Part shown: positions 1 through 8,603 of the stretch, piece after piece
Numbering within the stretch: position 1 is the first letter of the stretch
How the letters are laid out: each line of letters opens with the position of its first letter
Source: Pseudomonadota bacterium
GTDB lineage: Bacteria > Bdellovibrionota > Bdellovibrionia > Bdellovibrionales > SG-bin7
NCBI GenBank assembly: GCA_034439715.1
Contig: JAWXAY010000062.1
Location: forward strand, 1 to 21,427
Direction of reading: 5' to 3'
DNA length: 21,427 nucleotides
The notes under the pieces: generated by a model
What the model saw: the letters and a program-made list of their open reading frames with translations, nothing else
Databases searched by the model: none
What the model was told of the DNA's origin: nothing
Position numbers and translations under genes: made by a program

Positions 1-47
1 AGTGCTTGAGATCACATCAAGTGACGTAGCAAATTGATACGTTTAGT

Positions 48-97
48 CGGTCAAAGTCGCTGGGTAATTAGAAACGGTCAGAATCGCTGGGTAGTTA
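48..97. repeat. Imperfect direct repeat, 23-bp unit, 27-bp period
   Basis: CGGTCAAAGTCGCTGGGTAATTA (48-70) vs CGGTCAGAATCGCTGGGTAGTTA (75-97), 20/23 identical. Confidence 0.8.
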
Positions 98-199
98 CAA
101 GAGTGTCTTAAAGTTAGACAGCTGTAAATCCCAAAATTGTTAGGGTGACTAGCTAAGGTTATAAAGATCCATTCAGGACTCAATATATTCGAGCCCAAG

Positions 200-215
200 T
201 GGCACAACTGTTGAA
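200..215 (+). promoter_or_regulatory. Putative sigma-54 (-24/-12) promoter of the lipoprotein gene
   Basis: TGGCAC-AACTG-TTGAA matches TGGCAC-N5-TTGC except for GA instead of GC at -12; it ends 56 nt before the ATG at 272. Confidence 0.45.
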
Positions 216-271
216 GTTAAGGTGTTTGAGAATATTAACGCCTATTTTTAGGCTTATAAGGCAGGTAAGAA

Positions 272-622
272 ATGAAACGATTAATTTATCTAGTATTAAT
301 AACTGCAGTCTTTGCGCTAGCCGCAGGTTGTTCTAATAAAAACAACCGTAAGAGTACTGCCGCCAGAAGCACACAACCTTATTATACTGGCAGCCAATAC
401 GGCCAACAGTTCTATAATAACTGCGGGCAGCAACAATATATGAATCCCTACAATAACCAGCAAATGAATTGTCAATACGGACAAGGTGGTTCCGCTGCAT
501 TTTACAATCAAACGGGTCAACAATACCCCATGGATTACTATGGTAACCCCTGTTTGACGGGCCAAATTGATCCCTACTCAGGCTATTGCATGGATTACTC
601 TTATTACCCAATGAGTTGGTAA
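272..622 (+). CDS. Tyr/Gln/Asn-rich lipoprotein of unknown function
   Basis: Signal peptide MKRLIYLVLITAVFALAAG-C with lipobox Cys20, followed by a low-complexity Y/Q/N/G region with four more Cys. GCAGGT SD-like sequence upstream. Confidence 0.85.
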   Translation: MKRLIYLVLITAVFALAAGCSNKNNRKSTAARSTQPYYTGSQYGQQFYNNCGQQQYMNPYNNQQMNCQYGQGGSAAFYNQTGQQYPMDYYGNPCLTGQIDPYSGYCMDYSYYPMSW

Positions 623-655
623 GAGTTTTAGTCCCACCTGCCCGACTATTGGAAT

Positions 656-685
656 TTGACATTCCCTAAATTTTACAGATACCCT
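656..685 (+). promoter_or_regulatory. Putative sigma-70 promoter for the ORF at 708
   Basis: Perfect TTGACA (656-661), 18-nt spacer, TACCCT (680-685; TAnnnT). Confidence 0.45.
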
Positions 686-707
686 CCTCTTTTAGGAGGG
701 TTTTTTT
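681..707 (+). terminator. Intrinsic terminator-like hairpin whose 3' arm is the SD of the next gene
   Basis: ACCCTCCT (681-688) pairs with AGGAGGGT (694-701), 5-nt loop, T-run 701-707, then ATG at 708. Confidence 0.65.
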
Positions 708-1232
708 ATGTCTTCAAAATTTCTGTTCCTAGCACTGCTTCTTACTTCAAACCCCGCTTTCGCCGATGACTTTGACGCCAATAAAGTGGATGAGGGCGGC
801 CGGTATTTACACGCGGCCCTAGGTTTTGGTGCCGGTGGAATCGCACTGGGCGCTGACTTCGAAACTGGCCTCGAATCCAGCGTGGGCTGGGGTGGACTCT
901 TTCGCTATTACTCGCCCATGAATACCCTCACAAATAGTGCGCCTCGCATATTCTTTTTAGGCGGATTTATTCGACCCCATTGGAACAGAAATAAATGGGA
1001 TTTTTATTTTTCTCCAGGCATTGGATTTAGCATGGTGAAATTATCTACCGCGACAATAAGTGACAGTGAAACTCTGTTGACTCCCATTTTATCTATCGGA
1101 ACCTCATGGGCCTTTTCAAACACTATGAGTATTGGAATAGAATCGACAACAATCTTCGGCATTACCTCAGACGACTGGCGCGGGCCTATCAATCAAGATA
1201 TTATGGCAAAGCTTAAGCTGAGCTTAAATTAA
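708..1232 (+). CDS. Exported small outer-membrane beta-barrel-like protein
   Basis: Signal peptide ending AFA. Gly/aromatic alternating strands (DFYFSPGIGFS, LSIGTSWAF, AKLKLSL). Strong AGGAGG SD. Confidence 0.75.
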   Translation: MSSKFLFLALLLTSNPAFADDFDANKVDEGGRYLHAALGFGAGGIALGADFETGLESSVGWGGLFRYYSPMNTLTNSAPRIFFLGGFIRPHWNRNKWDFYFSPGIGFSMVKLSTATISDSETLLTPILSIGTSWAFSNTMSIGIESTTIFGITSDDWRGPINQDIMAKLKLSLN

Positions 1233-3100
1233 CTGATTTTTGCGAGTGCTTTTGTCCATTGAGAGATGGTTGAAAGCACCGACGTGTCGGCATTAGCAAA
1301 TTGAACACCGTAATGCTTTTGTGCTTCTGACCAAACTACCTTACCCTGAACGTCGACTCTATTTTTACCGTCAGGACTCGAGATTGACATCGATATGATA
1401 CCACCGTCTCTGATTAGGGCTTCGGTATCGACCTTAACACCTCCGAGAGAGATTGAACTGACTTCGCCCACAAACTCTTTTCCTTCAACATTGAGAGTGA
1501 CGGCCGACGCAATTTTAAAGCGGTCGAATTTACGCAGGTCCATAGGATTTTTCTTTTTGAGCACGATTGAAATTAAAGCCGGCACCGCAATTAATAATAG
1601 CAATAAAGTGTGCGTGACAGACCAAGGCCCGCCTCTACCACCGTCTGATTTTCCGACTAGACCACAACCCCCGCCCGCTACAGTACTGGCCACATCGCGG
1701 CTCGCCAGTGGATTTATAGATTGGTAAGAAGGATCTACAGCGGGTTCTCCCAATTGGGCCGACAAAACAGAATTGTAGGCATTAACTCGTGCCTTGGTTG
1801 AAACCTTGCCCGTTAGAACTGATTTTATTTCACCAGATCCCAAAATAAACGTTTTTATTTGATAGCCAGAAAGTGCCGAGTTCTCATGAAGCATGAGAGA
1901 GGCAATTCCAGAAATTATGGGAGTTGCCATACTTGTGCCATCAGAATATTTATAAGTGCCGCCAGGCCAGGTACTAAACACTGAAGAGCCGGGACTTCCC
2001 ATATGAACTGTCGCTGTTCCATAGTTTGAAAAATAAGCCCAGCCATCTGAAGGCGTGGTGGCTGCCGTTGAAATTATATTGGGCACATCATAAGACGCGG
2101 GATACATAGGGCTCACGTCATTATTGCCAGCCGCATTTCCCGCGGCGGCTACAAAAAGAGCCTTTTTAGTATAAGCATAAGCGATGGCATCCTTGAGAGC
2201 TTGGCTATAGCCTGATCCACCCCATGAATTATTTAATATTTTAGCACCATTGTTAACGGCATAGTAAATCGCCTGCACGGCCGCAGAAGTGGCACCGTAT
2301 CCCGAGGCATCGAGGAACTTAAGCGCCATTATTTGAATTTTAGCGGCACCAAAGGGCGTGTTAAAAATATCCTTAGTCATTCCCAAAATAGTGCCTGCCA
2401 CATGAGTTCCGTGACCATCGTCGTCTAAGGGATTATTATTGCCATAAGCAAAATTCCAACCGCGGATGTCGTCTACATAACCATTTCCGTCATCGTCAAT
2501 TCCATTACCAGCTATTTCATTGGGATTAGTCCAGATTGCTCCGCTCTGTGCAAAAGCCGGGTGATTGTAGTCCACTCCGGTATCGATAACCGCCACGATA
2601 GGCTCACTGCCTGTTGCGCCCATTAGGCTCCATGAGTCCTGGTAGCGAATAGGTGCTGTCGTTACCACACCTCCGCCCGACTGTCCTGAAACTGTTCCTT
2701 GTGCAACTGCTTCCGCATCATAAACTTCATCATGACCAGGGTTATCTATATTTTGTTTTCCGAAAAGATAATTGGGTTCAGCATATTCTACTTCTGGGTC
2801 GTTTTTCATATCAGCGATTGTCTGCTCCACACTTTGACTATTATTCACTTTAAAATGGTGCAACTTCATACTTGTCCAAGAACCTTTGAGTTGCAGCTTT
2901 CCGGCAATACCGGCTTTATTCATAAAACTAGAGGCCGATGGCGCACTCTTTTTGTCACTGCTTTTAAGTTTTATGATGATTTCACCGGGAACGAATTGCT
3001 GGGCTGACGAAGTCGCACACACTGACAATGTCAGAAAAAGTGTACCTACAAACAGAAAGTTACTAGCCCACATACCTACCATAAGAACTCTATCGGACAT
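1229..3100 (-). CDS. S8 subtilisin-like serine protease with propeptide, GGGCG motif, transmembrane helix and C-terminal PilZ domain
   Basis: Catalytic motifs VAVIDTG, HGTHVAG, AAGN and GTSMATP; propeptide ending VEYAEPNY; TM helix LLLLLIAVPALISIVL then KKK; PilZ motifs RKFDRF and SISLGG. ATG at 3100 (AAAGGGGG SD) preferred over 3214. Confidence 0.92.
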   Translation of the reverse strand: MSDRVLMVGMWASNFLFVGTLFLTLSVCATSSAQQFVPGEIIIKLKSSDKKSAPSASSFMNKAGIAGKLQLKGSWTSMKLHHFKVNNSQSVEQTIADMKNDPEVEYAEPNYLFGKQNIDNPGHDEVYDAEAVAQGTVSGQSGGGVVTTAPIRYQDSWSLMGATGSEPIVAVIDTGVDYNHPAFAQSGAIWTNPNEIAGNGIDDDGNGYVDDIRGWNFAYGNNNPLDDDGHGTHVAGTILGMTKDIFNTPFGAAKIQIMALKFLDASGYGATSAAVQAIYYAVNNGAKILNNSWGGSGYSQALKDAIAYAYTKKALFVAAAGNAAGNNDVSPMYPASYDVPNIISTAATTPSDGWAYFSNYGTATVHMGSPGSSVFSTWPGGTYKYSDGTSMATPIISGIASLMLHENSALSGYQIKTFILGSGEIKSVLTGKVSTKARVNAYNSVLSAQLGEPAVDPSYQSINPLASRDVASTVAGGGCGLVGKSDGGRGGPWSVTHTLLLLLIAVPALISIVLKKKNPMDLRKFDRFKIASAVTLNVEGKEFVGEVSSISLGGVKVDTEALIRDGGIISMSISSPDGKNRVDVQGKVVWSEAQKHYGVQFANADTSVLSTISQWTKALAKIS

Positions 3101-3177
3101 TGGTCCAGCCCCCTTTAGCCATGGTGCAGTAAATACTTGGCATGGGTTATTTATTCCTAGTTTGATATAGTTAGAGC

Positions 3178-3192
3178 GTCTCACATTGAGAC
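3178..3192. promoter_or_regulatory. Palindromic operator-like site GTCTCA-N3-TGAGAC between divergent genes
   Basis: Perfect 6-3-6 inverted repeat. Degenerate copies at 3208-3222 (GTCTCATACTGATCC) and 104-120 (TGTCTTAAAGTTAGACA). Confidence 0.55.
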
Positions 3193-3244
3193 TGATCTCG
3201 TTTTTTGGTCTCATACTGATCCACTTTTTTTGAACGGAAATAAT

Positions 3245-4171
3245 ATGAAAATAGTCATTAGCGGTGGCACAGGATTAATTGGTCGCGCCCTTATTAGGTA
3301 TTGGCTTAAAGAAAAACACGAGATTACCGTACTCACTCGCCTAGCCGGCGGTAACAATGAGTTCGGCTCGCACTGTAAACTGTCTGAGTGGAATCCTCGA
3401 ACTCGCAAAATAGATTTAAACGTAATAAATGGCGCCGACGCCGTTATAAATTTGGCAGGAACGGGCATTGCCGATCACCGCTGGAGTAAAGAATCCAAAA
3501 AACTGATTCTTCGCTCGAGAATTGAATCGACAAGTTGCCTTGTAGAATCATTTAGCTCTGTGAGCGAAAAGCCCAAAGTATTTATTTCGGCCTCGGCGGT
3601 GGGTTTTTACGGCGCTTCTTTAAGTGAAACGTTTGACGAAAAAGGCCCCAGCGGCCAGGATTTCTTGGCCCGAGTCTGTTCCGACTGGGAGTCTGAAGCT
3701 CTAAAGGCCCGACCCTTGGGAATTCGCACTTGCCTTATGCGTACAGGCATCGTGCTCTCCAATCAGGGGGGCGCTCTAGAAAAAATGTTGCCCGTATTTC
3801 GTTTGGGTTTAGGTGGCCCATTAGGTGGAGGACAACAATGGATGAGTTGGATTCATATTTGGGATTTAGTTCAGCTATTTAATTTTTGTCTAACTGAATT
3901 TAAATCCAGCGGGCCCTTTAATGCCACAGCTCCTATTCCTGTCACTAATCTCGAGTTTAGCAAACGACTGGCGCAAGTTCTCGGCCGACCGTGTTTTATT
4001 AATACTCCGAGTTGGGTCCTGCGGTTAACTTTAGGCGAGATGGCAACTTTAATTCTTGGTGGTCAAAGAGTGTTGCCCGCTCGCTCGCGCGAATTAGGCT
4101 TTGAATTTTCATTTTCTGATCTGAACTCTGCACTTTCAAATTTGTTGAAGCCCGAAATAATACCAATTTAA
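3245..4171 (+). CDS. TIGR01777 family NAD(P)-dependent epimerase/oxidoreductase (YfcH-like)
   Basis: Rossmann motif MKIVISGGTGLIG, INLAG, SASAVGFYG, GGGQQWMSWIH and the DUF1731-type tail GQRVLP...GFEF. ATG at 3245 preferred. Confidence 0.93.
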   Translation: MKIVISGGTGLIGRALIRYWLKEKHEITVLTRLAGGNNEFGSHCKLSEWNPRTRKIDLNVINGADAVINLAGTGIADHRWSKESKKLILRSRIESTSCLVESFSSVSEKPKVFISASAVGFYGASLSETFDEKGPSGQDFLARVCSDWESEALKARPLGIRTCLMRTGIVLSNQGGALEKMLPVFRLGLGGPLGGGQQWMSWIHIWDLVQLFNFCLTEFKSSGPFNATAPIPVTNLEFSKRLAQVLGRPCFINTPSWVLRLTLGEMATLILGGQRVLPARSRELGFEFSFSDLNSALSNLLKPEIIPI

Positions 4172-4185
4172 TGGAAGGATTGAAA

Positions 4186-4599
4186 ATGCTGATTATTACC
4201 TCCACCATTCAAATTCCCGACTGGGAGCTTTTATTCTCATTTGCGCGCAGCTCTGGCGCCGGGGGACAAAATGTAAACAAGGTAAATAGTAAAGCCATTT
4301 TACATTGGAATCCGATGGCTAGCCCCTCTCTTCCTGTCGAAGTTAAAAATCGCTTTATGCAAAAATTTGGCAGACGCCTGAGCGGAGAGGGATTTTTAGT
4401 GCTTCAGAGCGACAGCCACCGAGATCAACCGCGAAATTCTGCCGACTGCCTCGATAAACTCCGCGCCATGATTCTCGAAGTTGCCGTGGCACCTAAGATT
4501 AGAAAGGCCACTAAGCCCTCGCGCTCGGCCAAACGAAAACGACTCGATAGTAAAAAGCGCCATTCCGAAAAAAAACAAAATCGCCGAAGGTTGGATTGA
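4186..4599 (+). CDS. arfB: Alternative ribosome-rescue peptidyl-tRNA hydrolase ArfB (YaeJ)
   Basis: RSSGAGGQNVNKVNSKA with GGQ, RDQPRN, basic tail TKPSRSAKRKRLDSKKRHSEKKQNRR. Start at 4186 (GGAAGGA SD) or 4171. Confidence 0.95.
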   Translation: MLIITSTIQIPDWELLFSFARSSGAGGQNVNKVNSKAILHWNPMASPSLPVEVKNRFMQKFGRRLSGEGFLVLQSDSHRDQPRNSADCLDKLRAMILEVAVAPKIRKATKPSRSAKRKRLDSKKRHSEKKQNRRRLD

Positions 4600-4613
4600 T
4601 TAACTGATACCCG

Positions 4614-6698
4614 TTAGTGGAAATTGTTTTTATTTAATTCCTCTAAACTTTTAGCCACAATCAAAACACTCACAAAATGCTCCGCTCGGTCAGGATCAGT
4701 AGTAAAAAGTACTCCACTGTCTATTTGTGGGCGACCCACATCTCCTATTTTTAACGGAAACTCAAGTGTCATTCTCTGCCTAAAAACTTTAAAATCCTCA
4801 AACCCCAGGCGTTTAATATCAGCCAAAGTTAAAATTAGCCATTGTGCCACTCGACGAGGCATTAAGCGTGCTTCTATTTTTGAAGTGACAGTTCCCATAT
4901 TATAACGTGGGTTAATCTCAACAATTGGCCGTATTTTAAGGTCACCCGAGGGGTCCCTGTAAACAAAGGCATCGACTCCTAAGGCACGTGGCCTAAATTC
5001 CTTCGACATTTTTTTGTTCAAATACTTTTCTATTCGCAAAAACATTTCTTCGATGAGAGGCCGCTCGCTAGTTTTTTGATTAATAAATCGCAAAGTAGGA
5101 TTGTTAAGTCCTAAATGAAATCCACCCAAGAGGGCACCACGGTATTTGCCATAAGCGTCTGTCAAAAATCGCACGAGACCCAGTTTTTTGAGTTCTCCCG
5201 ACTCGCACATTGTAAACTGAAAAGAAAAATCGAAAACCTTTTCTAACCATGGCTCTAACACGATTTTTTGACCCTTGGCAAACTGTTCGGCCAACCAAGG
5301 CTTTGTACCTTCGAAGGCATTTCCCTCAAATATTTTTTGATTTTTGCCGCTGAGACCATACTCATTTTTCAGAACAAACTTTTTAAAACCCAGTGTACGA
5401 AACTCTTCGACATGAACCTCAACCTCTGTGGCCGACGCGCAAACTCGGCCGATGGAACTACTGTCACCAAGACAACCGGCCAAATCGGTCTGTTCGGCTA
5501 AAAACTCCTGAAGACATCGCACGCCAAAGGCCTTCGAGTAAAACTCGGGTGCGAGAGACTCATTTTCAAAAAATGATGTGTTAGGTAAACCACTAAGCTG
5601 TTTTAAAACCGCATGCGAACCATGACTCCAGCCCCATGGTGCAAACGATCGAAGCCTGCGTCCAATCAGGTCCTCAGTTTTAACAAATTCTGGAATTGCT
5701 AAACCGCAGTCGCGAAGGCCTGCCAAAAACTGAGAACTTGGTTTTTCTGTCACGAGGACGGCATCATCTGTGGCTGCAAAATACATCGGCAACAGTGCGA
5801 GGTCAGTTTTTAGAGATTTAAGTATCTTGGGTGGAGAAATATTTTTATTGCCAGCTGCCAACTCTAGTTCTACGAAAGGATGAAACCAAAACACATGAGG
5901 CGCCCTTCCTTTGGACTGACTAAAAACTTTTAAATTCTCAATGTATTGAGTGTCAAATCCAATGCTTTCACGTACGACAGAGCTAAAGAGCTTTCCCTTG
6001 GCGCGCATGGCGCTAAATCCTAGTGGAAGATTTGCAAGGTAAAAATCCCACTGGTTTTGCGCGGGCCCTCGCCATTTATTAATCCAATTGACTCCGTGTC
6101 GGACATGGCCGACCTCGTCTTCAAACACCGTACGCATTAGGGACGCTGACTTGGTATCACTAACAGTCCTAAAAATATTTTCAAAATAAAGACAGTGGTC
6201 AAGATTTGCTTGTTCGAGAGTGAGACTCATTTGAGTGGTAAATTGCACAATATCTTTGGGTTGCGCCAAGACTTTCCAAAAAAAACCATTTAAAGGCTCT
6301 TCACCAAAATCTAAGCCCAGCTTTTGCATGCGAGCAATATAAAGACGCAGATGCTTTTGTTCTTCACACATAATATTAGCCAAACCCAAGCGAAAGGGCC
6401 GAGGCGCCTGAGGAAATTTTAACAGGGCCTGTGCCATTAATTCTAAGGCAAGCAATTCATGATTGGCAAAATAATGAAGAATCTTGGCGCGCTCGAATTC
6501 TTTATGAAGCACTGATACCGAAGGAAACGCCGCCTTCTTTTCCCAGTTAAACGAAATTTTAGAATCTCTCACTGGTAGTGCTAGCGGGCCCTGACGAGAA
6601 ACCGGATTTAAATCGGTAAAGTCCTCAAGCCCCGACAAACATTTATCTCTAATCGATCCCGACAACAAAATCTGCTCGGCAAACTCGCGAATTTCCAT
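4614..6698 (-). CDS. DUF455 ferritin-like di-iron domain fused to an ATP-grasp-fold domain
   Basis: N-terminal motifs HYFANHELLALE, EEQKH, LEQANLD, DEVGHV. C-terminal ATP-grasp hallmarks KNEYGLSGK, VLEPW, GVDAFVY, VEINPR. Confidence 0.8.
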   Translation of the reverse strand: MEIREFAEQILLSGSIRDKCLSGLEDFTDLNPVSRQGPLALPVRDSKISFNWEKKAAFPSVSVLHKEFERAKILHYFANHELLALELMAQALLKFPQAPRPFRLGLANIMCEEQKHLRLYIARMQKLGLDFGEEPLNGFFWKVLAQPKDIVQFTTQMSLTLEQANLDHCLYFENIFRTVSDTKSASLMRTVFEDEVGHVRHGVNWINKWRGPAQNQWDFYLANLPLGFSAMRAKGKLFSSVVRESIGFDTQYIENLKVFSQSKGRAPHVFWFHPFVELELAAGNKNISPPKILKSLKTDLALLPMYFAATDDAVLVTEKPSSQFLAGLRDCGLAIPEFVKTEDLIGRRLRSFAPWGWSHGSHAVLKQLSGLPNTSFFENESLAPEFYSKAFGVRCLQEFLAEQTDLAGCLGDSSSIGRVCASATEVEVHVEEFRTLGFKKFVLKNEYGLSGKNQKIFEGNAFEGTKPWLAEQFAKGQKIVLEPWLEKVFDFSFQFTMCESGELKKLGLVRFLTDAYGKYRGALLGGFHLGLNNPTLRFINQKTSERPLIEEMFLRIEKYLNKKMSKEFRPRALGVDAFVYRDPSGDLKIRPIVEINPRYNMGTVTSKIEARLMPRRVAQWLILTLADIKRLGFEDFKVFRQRMTLEFPLKIGDVGRPQIDSGVLFTTDPDRAEHFVSVLIVAKSLEELNKNNFH

Positions 6699-8603
6699 TT
6701 AGTCCTTAAAAGAAATATTAAGTGAAATGCCCTTGCTGAGTAGGGATTCCGTTTGACTCACTAACTTTTTTAAATTCGCTATATCTTTTTTACTGCCAAC
6801 GACTTCTTCGGGAGCGAAGCTTAAGATCTCAGCCTGTTCTACAAGTACCATGATGGGCTCCTGCAGTTCATTTCGTAGGCTGGGAGGGGCCAACTGCATT
6901 AATTTGACGATCTCAAAACTAGCGCCACCGGTATTACAGATTTCACCTAAAACAAAATAAATGGAATTTAAGAGTTCTCGCCCCACTTCGCGCCACTTGC
7001 CCTCACTGGCCAATCGTTCTGTTTGGCGAATTCGCTTTTTAAACTTGGAGTGCAAAGTTTCTCGACGTTCAAACCAACCTAATTCTCGTCGAGCCTTACC
7101 CAACAAAGTCAAAAAGCTTAAGAAAAATAGGGCTTGAAAAACCACTGGAGTAAGCAGTGCTTCAACTCTCCAGCCCCCTTCATAGCTTTCAATTATTTCG
7201 GGTAAAGTGGCTTCAGCCTTTTCTGGGTTTTCGGCAAAGCTTTTTTCGTTTATTGGATTTTCTTTAGATAGCTCGACATTGATGGCAATAGGCTCCGTTT
7301 GCTTCTGGTAATATGTTCCCGTCTGCGGATTTAAAAGACTAAAACTGAGAGCTGGCACCGTTATCTCGCCTGATTTTTTAGGAACTAGCAATAATTCAAA
7401 ATCCTTAAAGCTCGTACCGTTTTTTTCGAACTTTCCCGTCGACTTATTGTCATAAAGTATCAGTCCCTCAGGCAGGTTCAGCTTAGGGAGTTCAATAAGT
7501 TTAGCGTTTCCTCGACCTTCAAAACGAATTTTATACGGTATGGGATGATTAGTTTTAAGTGTGGAAGTATCAAGATTGGCTAGAAGGCTAAATGAACCCA
7601 CTCCGCCAGCAAAATCTTGGGGCTTAGGTTCCGGCAGTGGTTTGATTTCTACTTTGACTTCTTGGCTTGATTTGGTAATGACCTTTGGTTTTGAAAATCC
7701 AAAAATATTAAATCCATCAGAAAACAAAATCGAACACTTAGCAATGTAGGGGTCAATCACAAGCGTTCCTGATTTAATTGGAAAAAGCGCAAAACTGACC
7801 AAGAGCGCTTTGTTGTAGGATATACCCCTTACAACCTCTTGGGTAAAATTTAGGCGTGTGGCAACTTCTATGTCTTCTTTCCAAAAACCGGTGAGATCGG
7901 GATACTTGAGCGTGTCGATGTCGCGCACGTTGCCTCGAACGTAAAGATACCAAGTGGCGGTAATTTGTTCTCCGACAAAGGCCTTTGTTTTATCCAGTTG
8001 CAAATGAATAAAAAAACTATCGTTTTCGTTGATGGACGGAGCCGCGCCCTGCCCCCCTTGCACACCATGCCGTTTTAAAAGTTGATTAAACATTTCTTCG
8101 ACATTATCGGTATCATCAAAATTGCTATCCTCTTGAGGCAGTGCCAGGTCTTCTTCTTCTTCAAAGGGTATACTCGGGCGAGGCGGCGCTGCTCTACCCC
8201 CCGCTCCACCGGCACTGGGAACTACGCTCACAGGACTCGCAGTTAGAGTTTCTTCGCGCCCACCCGCGGAGACACGAATGGGAGAAATCACATATTCTCC
8301 GGGAATTGCAGCCACAAATGTATAAATAAACTTTGAAGTCTGAATTATTTTAAACTGGTTGTTTTCGAAACGTTGAATGGACTCGGTTTCTTGTCTCCGC
8401 CCCGTAATCTTTAGCCCTTCAATATTTGGTAGTCCTGGCTCACTTACATTTACAGCATTTTCGGTAGCACTAATCGATACCACCAAAGTAAACGGCTGCC
8501 CTACCCCGACCGTGCGAGGCTGAACCTTGGCTTCGTAACTAAAGCCTGCATAAAGTTGATTAACAAAGAGTAAAGTGGCGAATATACTACCAATCTTTGT
8601 CAA
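6699..8603 (-). CDS. batD: BatD family protein
   Basis: Signal peptide; repeated Ig-like BatD domains (VGQPFTL, FVGEQITATW, LFPIKSGTLVI, GGVGSFSL, GRGN); C-terminal TM helix; position after batABC. Confidence 0.85.
   Translation of the reverse strand: MTKIGSIFATLLFVNQLYAGFSYEAKVQPRTVGVGQPFTLVVSISATENAVNVSEPGLPNIEGLKITGRRQETESIQRFENNQFKIIQTSKFIYTFVAAIPGEYVISPIRVSAGGREETLTASPVSVVPSAGGAGGRAAPPRPSIPFEEEEDLALPQEDSNFDDTDNVEEMFNQLLKRHGVQGGQGAAPSINENDSFFIHLQLDKTKAFVGEQITATWYLYVRGNVRDIDTLKYPDLTGFWKEDIEVATRLNFTQEVVRGISYNKALLVSFALFPIKSGTLVIDPYIAKCSILFSDGFNIFGFSKPKVITKSSQEVKVEIKPLPEPKPQDFAGGVGSFSLLANLDTSTLKTNHPIPYKIRFEGRGNAKLIELPKLNLPEGLILYDNKSTGKFEKNGTSFKDFELLLVPKKSGEITVPALSFSLLNPQTGTYYQKQTEPIAINVELSKENPINEKSFAENPEKAEATLPEIIESYEGGWRVEALLTPVVFQALFFLSFLTLLGKARRELGWFERRETLHSKFKKRIRQTERLASEGKWREVGRELLNSIYFVLGEICNTGGASFEIVKLMQLAPPSLRNELQEPIMVLVEQAEILSFAPEEVVGSKKDIANLKKLVSQTESLLSKGISLNISFKD

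Noticed and set aside
48..97. Possible CRISPR array (also considered for the repeats at 18499-18524 and 18764-18793)
   Set aside because: Only 2-3 short units with 0-4 nt between them, no spacer-length unique sequences and no cas genes.
1229..1232. Convergent genes sharing TTAA stop codons (also at 15228-15231)
   Set aside because: Real, but a common feature of compact genomes.
3101..3214. N-terminal extension of the subtilase ORF to 3214
   Set aside because: The ATG at 3100 has an SD and leads into the signal peptide; the extension covers the divergent promoter region.
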